Positions 39,497-48,434 of a DNA stretch of 64,000 nucleotides are shown piece after piece. This stretch comes from an uncultured Acidobacteriota bacterium (GTDB lineage: Bacteria > Actinomycetota > Acidimicrobiia > Spongiisociales > ZC4RG35), in the NCBI GenBank assembly GCA_963749415.1, contig CAVVMG010000001.1:300367-364366 (forward strand). Direction: 5' to 3'. The number at the start of each line of letters is the position of its first letter. Position 1 is the first letter of the stretch. The position numbers and the translations under genes were made by a program. The notes below the pieces were generated by a model that worked only from the letters and a program-made list of their open reading frames with translations, was not told the DNA's origin and ran no database searches.

Positions 39497-41670
39497 TTGC
39501 CCAGGGAAACGATGCCGCAGCACAAAGAGCTCAGGGTTCACGGGGTGTCAGGGACACCTCCGGAGGCGATGCTGTATCTGGGTGCGGTGACCTACGACCA
39601 GTCGAAGGAGCACGCCCGGGTCTTCCGCGAGCGCACGCCCGACGACTACGACGTCGAGGCCTACCACTGGGGCAGCCTCACTTCGGGCAACTGGAAGACG
39701 GCCTACTGGGTGCTGCTAACACCCTTCCTCCTCGCCAACGTCGCCGGGTGGATGGGACGCAACTCCAGCCCGTGGTTCCGATTCGCGGTGACGACTCGCC
39801 GGGGCGGGCCTCACCGCCCTCTTCGTGGTCGAGATGTTGATCGTTGCCATCGACATCCCCTTGGAATGGGCCCACGACACCGGTCACGCAGTAGGAACAG
39901 TGCAACTCCTAGTGGTCGCAGTTTTCCTGGTCTTCCTCCTGATCATCCTGATCCTCTCCACCCAATCGCATTTCAGCCGTCTCGGCTGGGTGGAGCGATT
40001 CAGGCTGACCTTCTTCCCAACGCTTCAGGCGATGCTCCCCAAGAAGTACCGGACACCGAACGAAGCTCCAGCCGAGCAGTGGACCGACCCCGGCGAGTCG
40101 GTGCTCATCGATGGCCGGAACTGGGACGTTCACGCTTCACTGCATCGGTTACGACGAATTCATCTCGCGCTGGGGATGCTGATGATGGCGATGACGGTGT
40201 CGGTGGGAAGGGAGCAGACGACGCAGATGATGGTGGCGGGGGTCGGGATCGCGGTGATAGTCGGGCTCCTTTGGTGGACCAGCTTTCGCCCCGAGGACGA
40301 CACGCTCAAGTGGTTCACCGCCCTGGCCCCGGTCGGCGCTCTCCTGGTGCTGGGGTGGGTGACGCTGGACATGGCCTCCGGTTTTCCCCGAAGGGAGCGC
40401 CTGGCCTCACATCCACAAACTCAACTTCTACAGCGCCATGGCCCTCGGGGTTGGATCCGCCCTGATCGTCCTCGGAGAGGTCATCGCTCGCTTCCGGGGC
40501 AACGCCGACCCGCCCCCCAGCCTGGCGACGGCGGGTCTGCCGGTGGCCGCCATCACCCTGGCTGCATTGATCGGGTCGAGTCTGGGAATTGCCCTTGCTC
40601 TCGTCGCCGAAGCGTTTATCGGCGTCCATCACGTCTCGGACCAAGGCGCCGAGTGGGTGTCGATCGCAATGCTCGGCCTGGTGGTGGTGATGTTGCTTGT
40701 CACGCTGTGGCTGATGTTCACCCCGGTGAGGCCGAAGCACATCGGTTTGATCGGCAAGAAGGGTGCCGGCATCCGGAAGGTGGTCTATCGGGGACGCGTG
40801 GTGTTCTATGCCGCCGCTCTTTACGGCTTGGCGTTTGGAGTGGTCGCCTGGTGGAAGGGATGTTCCTGGACCATCGACTGCGACCCGGCCCGACTTGGTC
40901 CCTGGCCCGAGAAGTGGACCACCGACGCTCTGCTCTCGGTCACGGCCTTTGGAAAATCGTTCAGCCTCGGTGACCTCGCCGACGTAGCCCAATTGTTGGT
41001 GGTTCTGGCCCCGGCCTTCTTCGTTGTCCGCAACCTGCTCCTCAGGGCGCGAGATGCCGACCGGAGACGTCAAATCGGGATCCTGTGGGATGTCGGCTCC
41101 TTCTGGCCCCGGGCTTTTCACCCCCTCGGGCCCCCCGCCTATGGCCCGGCCGCGGTCGACCGTCTTCAGGGTGCACTGGAGCGGCCTGGCATCGCCTACC
41201 GCACGATTGTGACTCGAGAAGACCCCCGCTGGATGGATCTCCCCGACCCAACGGGTGGGCTCGACCTGCTCTCGGCCCACTCACAGGGCACCCTGGTATC
41301 CGCCGTCGCCCTCGACCGCCTCGTCGACAAGAAGTGCCTCCCCGGCGCATTCCTCACCTACGGATCACAACTCGGAATGCTCTACCCGACGATGTTCCCC
41401 CACAGCGGCATCGACGACCTCGTCGTGCGACTCCAGGAGCACCTTCCAAACCGGTGGGTCAACCTATGGCGGGACAGTGATCCAATCGGTGGCCAGCCGG
41501 CGGCTGTCCTGGGCTCGGCTAACTGGCGAGTGGTCACTGGCACCGGCCATTCTCTCTATGAGCTGACCCCCGAGTTCTGCCAGGCGCGGAAGAACCTCGA
41601 AACGCCGTCCGCGACAGGACCCAACGGTGATCTCGCCGATTGCTGGGACCAACCACCCGCCATGTCGTAG
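39497..41670 (+). pseudogene. Large polytopic membrane protein with C-terminal alpha/beta-hydrolase (lipase/esterase-like, AHSQG nucleophile elbow) domain, split by two frameshifts (about 39790 and about 40395)
   Basis: Three consecutive ORFs (39497.., 39825.., 40438..41670) join without gaps when shifted at G-runs. The C-terminal domain ..LDLLSAHSQGTLVSAVALDRLVDKK.. WRDSDPIGGQ.. GTGHSLYELTPEF is a hydrolase fold. Confidence 0.5.
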
Positions 41671-41895
41671 GCCACCATGAGGGCCCCCCGGGGTATCTAA
41701 CTCGCGGCAAATCACGTAGACTTGGTCTCACAGCGCACGCCTGTTGCGTGCTGCGCCATTTCTTCGCTTTTCTGTTCCGTCGGGTGAAGTCACCGCAAGT
41801 CTGAGCCCAGGACACCATTCTCCGGAACAGGACCCCATGCTGAGACCTGCCGGGCGTTCAGTTCAGACGGTTCGGCTTCCAGAAGGAGCATCGAA

Positions 41896-42150
41896 ATGGC
41901 AACCAACATCTACGTGGGGAATCTCACCTTCACCACCAACTCCACCGACCTGGAGAACCTCTTCTCCCAGCACGGCGCGGTCTCCAAGGCCCAGGTAGTC
42001 ACCGATCGTGACACCGGCCGCTCCCGAGGCTTCGGTTTCGTGGAGATGGACTCGGCTGACGCAGCCCAGGTGGCGATCGATGCCCTCAATGGCAAAGACG
42101 TCGGTGGGCGCCAGTTGACAGTGAACCTGGCGAAGGAGAGGTCCCGTTGA
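41896..42150 (+). CDS. RRM-type RNA-binding protein (glycine-poor, 84 aa)
   Basis: RNP2 NIYVGNL and RNP1 RGFGFVEM motifs. Long AT-richer leader upstream. Confidence 0.85.
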   Translation: MATNIYVGNLTFTTNSTDLENLFSQHGAVSKAQVVTDRDTGRSRGFGFVEMDSADAAQVAIDALNGKDVGGRQLTVNLAKERSR

Positions 42151-42287
42151 TCAAGGCGGTTCCCAAGCCTCAACGCGGCGACCAAAAACCCAGGGCGAAT
42201 CGCTGTGCCGGTTGTGGGCACCCCAACAAGGAGCACCGTCTCAACGAGTGCACCGTGCCCCATTGCAAATGCGAGGGCCGGCAGTAG
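42147..42287 (+). CDS. Putative 46-aa Cys/His-rich mini-protein translationally coupled to the RRM gene
   Basis: A TTG at 42147 overlaps the RRM stop (TTGA). Translation is LIKAVPKPQRGDQKPRANRCAGCGHPNKEHRLNECTVPHCKCEGRQ, with a CxxC..H..C..HCxC arrangement. Not in the ORF track because it is under 60 aa. Confidence 0.3.
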   Translation: MIKAVPKPQRGDQKPRANRCAGCGHPNKEHRLNECTVPHCKCEGRQ

Positions 42288-42335
42288 GCGTATCGGCGTT
42301 AGTCCCCCACGTCAACGGGGTATTCGTGTATCCCG

Positions 42336-42593
42336 ATGGAACAGCAGCTTCAGCAGGGCTCGCGATACGACTTCCGGATTCGAGACGCCAACGGGCGAGG
42401 CGCAACCGAGTATCACAACCTCGCCTTCGCCGGGTATGGGCGCTGGATCCCTGAGGTCGAAAACCAACCCGGGTTCGCTGTGGTCGTGTCAGACGAGACA
42501 ACGGCGGACGGTGAATCGGTCTGCCATCACGTCTGGAACCTCGATCGCATCATCGAGGCCAAAGAGACCACAGCCTCGACCGTCGAAACCTGA
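42336..42593 (+). CDS. Hypothetical protein (85 aa)
   Basis: ATG ORF with coding-like composition just upstream of tRNA-Arg. No family recognised. Confidence 0.35.
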   Translation: MEQQLQQGSRYDFRIRDANGRGATEYHNLAFAGYGRWIPEVENQPGFAVVVSDETTADGESVCHHVWNLDRIIEAKETTASTVET

Positions 42594-42618
42594 ACTGGCT
42601 TCTACCCTTTAGAGACAC

Positions 42619-42694
42619 GCCCTCGTAGCTCAGGGGATAGAGCACAGGTTTCCTAAACCTGGTGTCGGAGGTTCGAGTCCTCCCGGGGGCGCCA
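42619..42694 (+). tRNA. tRNA-Arg (CCT)
   Basis: GCCCTCGTAGCTCAGGGGATAGAGCACAGGTTTCCTAAACCTGGTGTCGGAGGTTCGAGTCCTCCCGGGGGCGCCA folds as a cloverleaf with the anticodon loop TTCCTAA. CCA is encoded. Confidence 0.85.
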
Positions 42695-42709
42695 GTCCAC
42701 GACTTCAGA

Positions 42710-43636
42710 TCAAGGCCCTTCCCTGGATACCTGGCCCGCATTGGCCACGGCCTGGGGTCGACCACGTACGACCACGAACATGGCCATAACTATGACGATC
42801 GCGCCGAACCACTGACGGCTGCTGAGGCGCTCCCCGAGAAGGACATAGCTTGCGGAGATTCCGAATACAGGGATCAAATTGATATAGAGACCGGCGATGG
42901 CTGCGGGCATCTGGCGTAGTCCGGTCAGGTAAAGCCAGAAGGCGGCGGCGTAGTAGAGCGCACCGGACACGAAAGCGCTGATCCACGCAGTCATCGAGAT
43001 GGCGGCGATCTCGGGCCCTTGACCGGTAATTGCCATGACTACGAGTAGGGCGAGGGCGAACAGGAGAGCGCTGGCTTGTTGTAGGGCCACGACTTGGAGG
43101 GTGGACTCGGCGGCCAACCACTTCCTCGAAACCACCGTGTAGACGGCGCAGGCGGCAACGCCGAGCAAGGTGAGAGCTACCCCGAGTGGTTGACCCTGAC
43201 CTCCTGGCTCAAACACGACGAGAAGAACGCCGACGAATGCGAGACAGGCCGCAAGGACGACGGGTTTGGTGATCCGATCGCCGAGGATCAGCCAGGCGAG
43301 GAGGATGATCATGATCGGCTCCGTTGCCCAGAGGAGAACCGAGAGGCTGGCCGTGATGAGTGTGAGCCCGACCAGGCCAAGCGCGTAGGAGATGCCTGGG
43401 TTGAGGATTCCGAGGAGGCCGAGACGTCGGAGTCCGGCTGGCCAGGTCAGATGTTTGCGGTCGACGACAAGGACTGTTGAAAGCAGGGCGACACTTACAG
43501 CGAGTTGGATCGGGAGAAGGGTGAGGGGTGGAATTTCGGAGAGGGCGCGCTTGGCGATGACTGTGGCGATGCCCCATGCGGCGGCGGCGCCGATCAACGC
43601 CAGAACGTACGGACGACGCGAGGTCGTGGTTGGCAC
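42710..43636 (-). CDS. EamA/DMT-superfamily transporter
   Basis: Ten TM segments with two EamA repeats (..LALIGAAAAWGIATVIAKRAL..). Confidence 0.7.
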   Translation of the reverse strand: MPTTTSRRPYVLALIGAAAAWGIATVIAKRALSEIPPLTLLPIQLAVSVALLSTVLVVDRKHLTWPAGLRRLGLLGILNPGISYALGLVGLTLITASLSVLLWATEPIMIILLAWLILGDRITKPVVLAACLAFVGVLLVVFEPGGQGQPLGVALTLLGVAACAVYTVVSRKWLAAESTLQVVALQQASALLFALALLVVMAITGQGPEIAAISMTAWISAFVSGALYYAAAFWLYLTGLRQMPAAIAGLYINLIPVFGISASYVLLGERLSSRQWFGAIVIVMAMFVVVRGRPQAVANAGQVSREGP

Positions 43637-43791
43637 GGGTCTGACTCCTTGAACGATGGCTGAAGTCGGGACGTCTAAGAACGTCGACTCAGTGGTTCTT
43701 CACCATCGCAAATCGAGTACCCGGGTAGTGGTCGACTACCTCGAGGTCGACCAACGCGCATCGGTGTAGAGAGTGGGTGCATTGGTTTGGT

Positions 43792-44589
43792 CTACGAGAC
43801 CGGCTTGCGCGCCTTGATTATCACCGAGTCCATCCCATCGGTCGCCTCATGCGTCGCAGTGAGGCTCACGGCTTCGAATCCGGCCCCTTCAAGCAGTCCG
43901 TGGTACTCGCTGTAGGAGAGCGCACCGGCGATGCATCCAACCCAATTGCCACGTTCGGCGCGTTGTTCTGGCGTTAGGGCGTCATCGGCGACGATGTCAG
44001 AGATTCCGATGCTCCCTCCCGGGCGGAGAACGCGGTGCATCTCGCGGATGACGGCCGCCTTGTCGGTGGAGAGGTTGATCACACAGTTGGATATGACGAC
44101 ATCTATCGAGTCGGCCTCTAGGGGGATGTCCTCGATGAACCCTTTGAGGAACTCGACGTTGGTGGCTCCCGATTGGTTGGCATTGTTGCGTGCGAGTTCG
44201 AGCATGTCGTCGGTCATGTCGAGTCCGTAGACGAATCCGGTGGGTCCGACGCGTCGAGCTGAGAGCAGGACGTCGATGCCGCCACCCGAGCCCAGGTCGA
44301 GGACCCGGTCACCTTCTGATAGGTCGGCGACTGCCGTGGGGTTGCCGCATCCCAGGCTGGCGTCGGACGCCTCGGCGGGTATGACCGAGAGTTCTTCTGG
44401 GGTGTAGGCGCCGTCGGTGAGGACTTTCTCTAGGGTCTCGTCGTGGCCGCAACATTCCGGTCCACAGCAGGAGCCGGACGTCGCAGCCTTCGCGTAACGC
44501 TCCCGCACTTCCTCTCTGAGCTCGAGGTTGTCGACCACGGTCCACGTCCTTTCATATCGATACTGATCGATGTGTGATCGTATCTTCAT
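43792..44589 (-). CDS. arsM: Arsenite S-adenosylmethionine methyltransferase ArsM
   Basis: A SAM-MT motif VLDLGSGGGIDV, plus the conserved cysteines (..SGSCCGPECCG.., ..SNCVINLS..) characteristic of ArsM. Start at MKIRSH (44589). Confidence 0.8.
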   Translation of the reverse strand: MKIRSHIDQYRYERTWTVVDNLELREEVRERYAKAATSGSCCGPECCGHDETLEKVLTDGAYTPEELSVIPAEASDASLGCGNPTAVADLSEGDRVLDLGSGGGIDVLLSARRVGPTGFVYGLDMTDDMLELARNNANQSGATNVEFLKGFIEDIPLEADSIDVVISNCVINLSTDKAAVIREMHRVLRPGGSIGISDIVADDALTPEQRAERGNWVGCIAGALSYSEYHGLLEGAGFEAVSLTATHEATDGMDSVIIKARKPVS

Positions 44590-44613
44590 ATCGATGGTTG
44601 TCAATGTGTTAGC

Positions 44614-44964
44614 GTGCCGCTGGTGGATGTGAACCCCACTTGCTGTGTCCCGGTGACCGATGAGACGCTTTCGGTCTCTGAGGCTCAGGCACTGGCCGCC
44701 GACTTCAAGGCTCTTGCTGACCCAGTTCGGCTTCGTCTTCTCAGTCTGATCGCCAGTGTTCCCGAGGGGGAGGTTTGTGCCTGTGACCTCACTGATCCGC
44801 TGGGTCGGAGTCAGGCCACCATCAGCCACCACCTGTCGGTGCTGGTGAACGCCGGTTTGATAACCCGCGAACAGCGAGGCAAATGGGCGTGGTTCCAGGT
44901 GGCGCCAGATCGAGCTGGTTTCGTCCGCACCGTGCTGGTCGGCAAGACCCTCTCGATGTCCTAA
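44614..44964 (+). CDS. arsR: ArsR/SmtB-family metalloregulator
   Basis: A wHTH ..ALADPVRLRLLSLIAS..GEVCACDL.. containing an ELCVCDL-type metal site. Divergent from arsM. Confidence 0.8.
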   Translation: MPLVDVNPTCCVPVTDETLSVSEAQALAADFKALADPVRLRLLSLIASVPEGEVCACDLTDPLGRSQATISHHLSVLVNAGLITREQRGKWAWFQVAPDRAGFVRTVLVGKTLSMS

Positions 44965-45599
44965 GAGGCCTCAGGAAGCAGTTCGGCGAGAAGCGCTCGT
45001 ACCCGCCTTTCGAGTTCGTCTCGGATCGGTCTCACTTCCTCGACTGTCTTCCCGGAGGGGTCGTCCAGATCCCAGTCGATGTACCGCTTGCCGGGGTAGA
45101 GCGGGCAGGCGTCGCCACAACCCATGGTGACGATCACGTCGGCGGCCCGGACGATTTCGTCGGCCCAGGGCTGGGGTATCTCGCCGCTGATGTTCACGCC
45201 GACTTCCGACATCGCCGCAACTGCGGCCTGGTTGACCTGTTCGGCTGGCTCGCTTCCTCCGGAGAACACGTCGACTCGGTCACCGCCGAGCTTCTTGGCC
45301 CAGCCCGCCGCCATCTGTGACCGCCCCGCGTTGTGGACGCATAGAAAGAGGATGCTCGGATTGAGCGTTGTGGAATCTGATTCCAGTCTCACAAGGGCGC
45401 GGAGCCGGTCTCGGGCGAAACGCTCGGCGAGCAGGGGAATCCAGCCGCTGGTGGTTGCACGCTCTACGAGCATGTCGAGGGAGTCGTTCATGAACCGTTC
45501 GATGGTCTCGGTGTTGAGGGTCCCCGAGAACTGGCGTTGCAGCCGTTCGGCGGCTTGTCGGATCTGAAGTTGCTCAGCGGTCGTGAGGGCGACGGGCAT
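44961..45599 (-). CDS. arsC: Arsenate reductase ArsC (low-molecular-weight phosphatase family)
   Basis: P-loop ILFLCVHNAGRSQMAAGW (CX5R). Start at MPVAL (45599). Its N-terminus overlaps the upstream aquaglyceroporin stop (45574) by 26 nt. Confidence 0.8.
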   Translation of the reverse strand: MPVALTTAEQLQIRQAAERLQRQFSGTLNTETIERFMNDSLDMLVERATTSGWIPLLAERFARDRLRALVRLESDSTTLNPSILFLCVHNAGRSQMAAGWAKKLGGDRVDVFSGGSEPAEQVNQAAVAAMSEVGVNISGEIPQPWADEIVRAADVIVTMGCGDACPLYPGKRYIDWDLDDPSGKTVEEVRPIRDELERRVRALLAELLPEAS

Positions 45600-46263
45600 C
45601 AGGTTCCTTCTGGCGGTCAGCCAATAACAGATGGGTTGACAGGACGACGGCGAGCAGGGCTCCAATTAGTTGAGCGATGATGAAACCTGGAGCATTCGAG
45701 GGAGCGATCCCGGTGAAGCTGTCGGTGAACATTCGAGCCAGAGTCAGTGCCGGGTTGAGGAAGCCGGCTGACACGGTGGAGAACACGGCCGCTGCCACCC
45801 AGGCGCCAACCACGGGAGCTACCGCAGGCGAGCGATCCTGGTCGACTAAGCCGAGGATCAGCAGCACGAGCACGAGTGTGGCGATGCCTTCGGCGAGGAT
45901 TGGACCCCATCCTCTGCGGTCGGTGGCCGACATTGCCAGTGGCTCACCGAAGCTGACCAGACCTATCGCAACACCGGCTACTGCGCCAAGGATCTGAGCG
46001 ATCCAGTATTGAGCGGCCGTGCCTGCGGTCATTCCCCGTCGAGTCCAGAACGCCAACGTCACCGCTGGATTGAAATGAGCCCCCGACGTCGAGCCCAGGA
46101 CCGAGATCAGCGCCGCGAGAGCCAAACCCACCGCCACTGCGTGAAAGAACAATCTGCTGGCGCCGTCAGCTCCCAGTTCCTCGACGGTGATCCCGCTACC
46201 GACGACGACAAAGGCGAGGAGGCATGTTCCAGCGAATTCTGCAACGACTGGCCTGGCGTTCAT
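45574..46263 (-). CDS. Aquaglyceroporin (MIP family, AqpS/GlpF-like, putative arsenite channel)
   Basis: Two NPA boxes (HFNPAVT, FLNPALT) and six TM segments. Confidence 0.85.
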   Translation of the reverse strand: MNARPVVAEFAGTCLLAFVVVGSGITVEELGADGASRLFFHAVAVGLALAALISVLGSTSGAHFNPAVTLAFWTRRGMTAGTAAQYWIAQILGAVAGVAIGLVSFGEPLAMSATDRRGWGPILAEGIATLVLVLLILGLVDQDRSPAVAPVVGAWVAAAVFSTVSAGFLNPALTLARMFTDSFTGIAPSNAPGFIIAQLIGALLAVVLSTHLLLADRQKEPDARRPHDR

Positions 46264-46909
46264 GCGATCAGTTGGTCCACCCGCCGTTCGACTTCGGAGA
46301 ATGCCGATCGAAAGGCAGCGACTCTTCCGGAGGAGACCGGATCGGGTATCGACCAGTGCAAATGGCGGCCTGCCTCCGGGAGAGCCCCTTCTCGCGCCCG
46401 GTCGCAGACCGAGATCAGAACATCGGGTACGGCACGGATCGACTCGTAGCCCCTTGGAACCGCATCACTGAGATCGATGCCCCGCTCCGCGGCAACTCGA
46501 ATCGCATGCGGATGAACCGTTGCACTGGGGTCGCGTCCTGCGCTAGAAGCGTGCTCGCCGGTTGTGGCAAACCAGTACGCCGCTGCGTATTGAGACGCGC
46601 CGAATTGTGACTGCACACGAACAAGACTGTTCCGGAGATCCCGCCAGCCGATGGCATTAACCCGACAAGCGCGCTCTGCCGCAGGGAGACATACCGACGA
46701 CGACGGTCACCCTCGGACGCCTTGCGCTCGACGACGGCTGCCGCCTCCAGCACATTGAGGTGGTGCGCGAGCAGATTTCCGGGCATCCCCAGATCGGTCC
46801 CCAGTTCTTGCACAGTGAGGTCACCGCCAAGAAGTAGGTCGACGATCCGTAACCGACTCTCGTCACCTAAACCCGAATGGACCCTGGCACGCTCCGTCAG
46901 TCGGCTCAT
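46260..46909 (-). pseudogene. ArsR-ArsC fusion (ArsR wHTH plus LMW-PTP arsenate reductase), frameshifted near 46615
   Basis: The ArsR part (..LTVQELGTDLGMPGNLLAHHLNVLEAAAVV..) runs without a stop into the ArsC P-loop GTVLFVCSHNSAR. The rest of ArsC (..SQFGASQ..VHPHAIRVAAERGIDLS..VLISVCDRARE..WSIPDP..) is in the +1 frame. It overlaps the aquaglyceroporin gene by 4 nt. Confidence 0.6.
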
Positions 46910-46965
46910 TCACACGAAGATAATGACTCAACAATAGTTGAGCAAATATCTCGACACTGAACCCT

Positions 46966-48222
46966 TCACCGACGAACGGTCGAGCCAAGAGGCATCGCAA
47001 AGCTCCCCAACACCGCCACGAGCATTCCTACCGAGGCGAAGATGAATGCAGCCGCTGGACCAACCAGCGTCCAGAGGATTCCGGCGACTCCTGAGGCGAC
47101 CAGGTTGCCGAAGCTCTGGGTTGCAGCCAGCAGTCCAAACGCCGAGCCACGACGCTCAACCGGCGCGGCCTCCGCAACCGCACCATTCTCCGCTGTCTCC
47201 ACGAGACCGATGGCGAAACCGGCAAGTACGAAGGCGATGGCGAGGATGACCGTCACGGGACCGGTCGCAGCGAACAGCAGATACGCCCCGAGGCCGAACA
47301 CGAACCCGATGGTGAGGATTGGTCGATATCCCAACCGGTCAGCCGCCTTGCCTCCCGGTATGGCGACCGCCGCGGCGGCCAAGTTGTGACCGGCGTAGAG
47401 GAGCAGGGCGGTCCTGGTCGCCGAGTCGAGGCCCACGGTCGGGGTGAGCAGATCGGTGGCCCGAAGGATGAGCAGCGTCGTGGCGAGGTTCCCCAACTCA
47501 AAGGCTCCGATGGGAACCCAGAGCCGACCCAGCCTCCCCCTGAGGAGAGGTCGGATTTCGATGCGAAGCGGCCGCCGCTCCCGGCCCGCTGGCCGTTCGA
47601 TATGTCGAATTGCATAGACGATGGAACCTGCCGCAGCGAGACCGAACACCCCCGAGGCGAGAATCGCCCCCCGTACTCCAACCAAGGCGACCAGGCCGAG
47701 TGCGAGGAGGGGACCTCCAACCGCCCCTAGGTTGTCCATCATTCGCTCAAACCCATAGGCACGGCCGTATGTCCTTGGACTCGACACGTCTGCGAGCAGA
47801 GCGTTGCGAGCCGGAACTCGAATCCCTCGACCCAGCCACGCTCCGGTGCGAAGCAGTGCTACCTGCCAGACCGCGGTAGCCAGCCCGATCATTGAGGAGA
47901 AGACTGCGGTGGCGGTGTATCCACCCACGGCCACCGTCCGGCGACGCATCGGATCGTCAGCGAGTACCCCGCCACCGAAGCGCGCCAGTCCTGCCGCTCC
48001 ATCGGCTACGCCCTCTATCAATCCCAAGGCGGCCGCGGGTGCACCCAGCGTGGAGGTCAGGAAGGCCGGGAGCAATGAGGTCGGTACCTCATGGCCGAGA
48101 TCGGCCAAGAGATCCCGACCGATCCCGCCACCGGTCTCTCGCCCACGGCCGTCATCGAGAGGCAAGCTATTCAATGCGTACGAACGAGTCTTACCGGCAC
48201 GCCGACCAGCGTGTGCCGTCAT
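46966..48222 (-). CDS. MFS transporter (12 TM segments)
   Basis: MFS_1 motifs (..GVLADDPMRRRTVAVGG.., ..GKAADRLGYRP..). The substrate is unknown. It sits at the edge of the arsenic gene cluster. Confidence 0.7.
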   Translation of the reverse strand: MTAHAGRRAGKTRSYALNSLPLDDGRGRETGGGIGRDLLADLGHEVPTSLLPAFLTSTLGAPAAALGLIEGVADGAAGLARFGGGVLADDPMRRRTVAVGGYTATAVFSSMIGLATAVWQVALLRTGAWLGRGIRVPARNALLADVSSPRTYGRAYGFERMMDNLGAVGGPLLALGLVALVGVRGAILASGVFGLAAAGSIVYAIRHIERPAGRERRPLRIEIRPLLRGRLGRLWVPIGAFELGNLATTLLILRATDLLTPTVGLDSATRTALLLYAGHNLAAAAVAIPGGKAADRLGYRPILTIGFVFGLGAYLLFAATGPVTVILAIAFVLAGFAIGLVETAENGAVAEAAPVERRGSAFGLLAATQSFGNLVASGVAGILWTLVGPAAAFIFASVGMLVAVLGSFAMPLGSTVRR

Positions 48223-48346
48223 CGCTCGCTGGCGTGACGCCGGGTATTAGTGCGTGAAATTGAGAACCGGTTCGCGCTAAACCTAGAGAGCGCGAAAACC
48301 CTATATTCATTGGTGTCTTCCAGTGTCGGGAGGCTCGAATACACGG

Positions 48347-48394
48347 CAGGTTTCCTAAACCTGGTGTCGGAGGTTCGAGTCCTCCCGGGGGCGC
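48347..48394 (+). repeat. Direct repeat identical to the 3' 48 nt of tRNA-Arg(CCT) (anticodon stem through acceptor 3' strand): att-like island boundary
   Basis: CAGGTTTCCTAAACCTGGTGTCGGAGGTTCGAGTCCTCCCGGGGGCGC is 48/48 identical to 42645-42692. There is no matching 5' tRNA half upstream, so this is a tRNA fragment rather than a gene. Confidence 0.7.
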
Positions 48395-48434
48395 TCACCT
48401 CAACGACAGGTGTCGGGAGATTTCTCCGAACGTG

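Noticed and set aside
41736-41790. Annotating the hairpin plus T-tract downstream of 41670 as a definite intrinsic terminator
   Set aside because: The stem has a bulge and the T-tract is interrupted (CCATTTCTTCGCTTTTCTGTTCC). It is plausible but equally could be part of the RRM gene leader, so it is kept as part of finding 9 rather than as a feature.
48250-48346. A second full tRNA gene upstream of the 48347 repeat (GTGTCGGGAGGCTCGAAT resembles a T-arm)
   Set aside because: No acceptor stem complementary to the 3' end and no D-arm could be formed. It looks like a degenerate extra fragment, mentioned under finding 1 rather than annotated.
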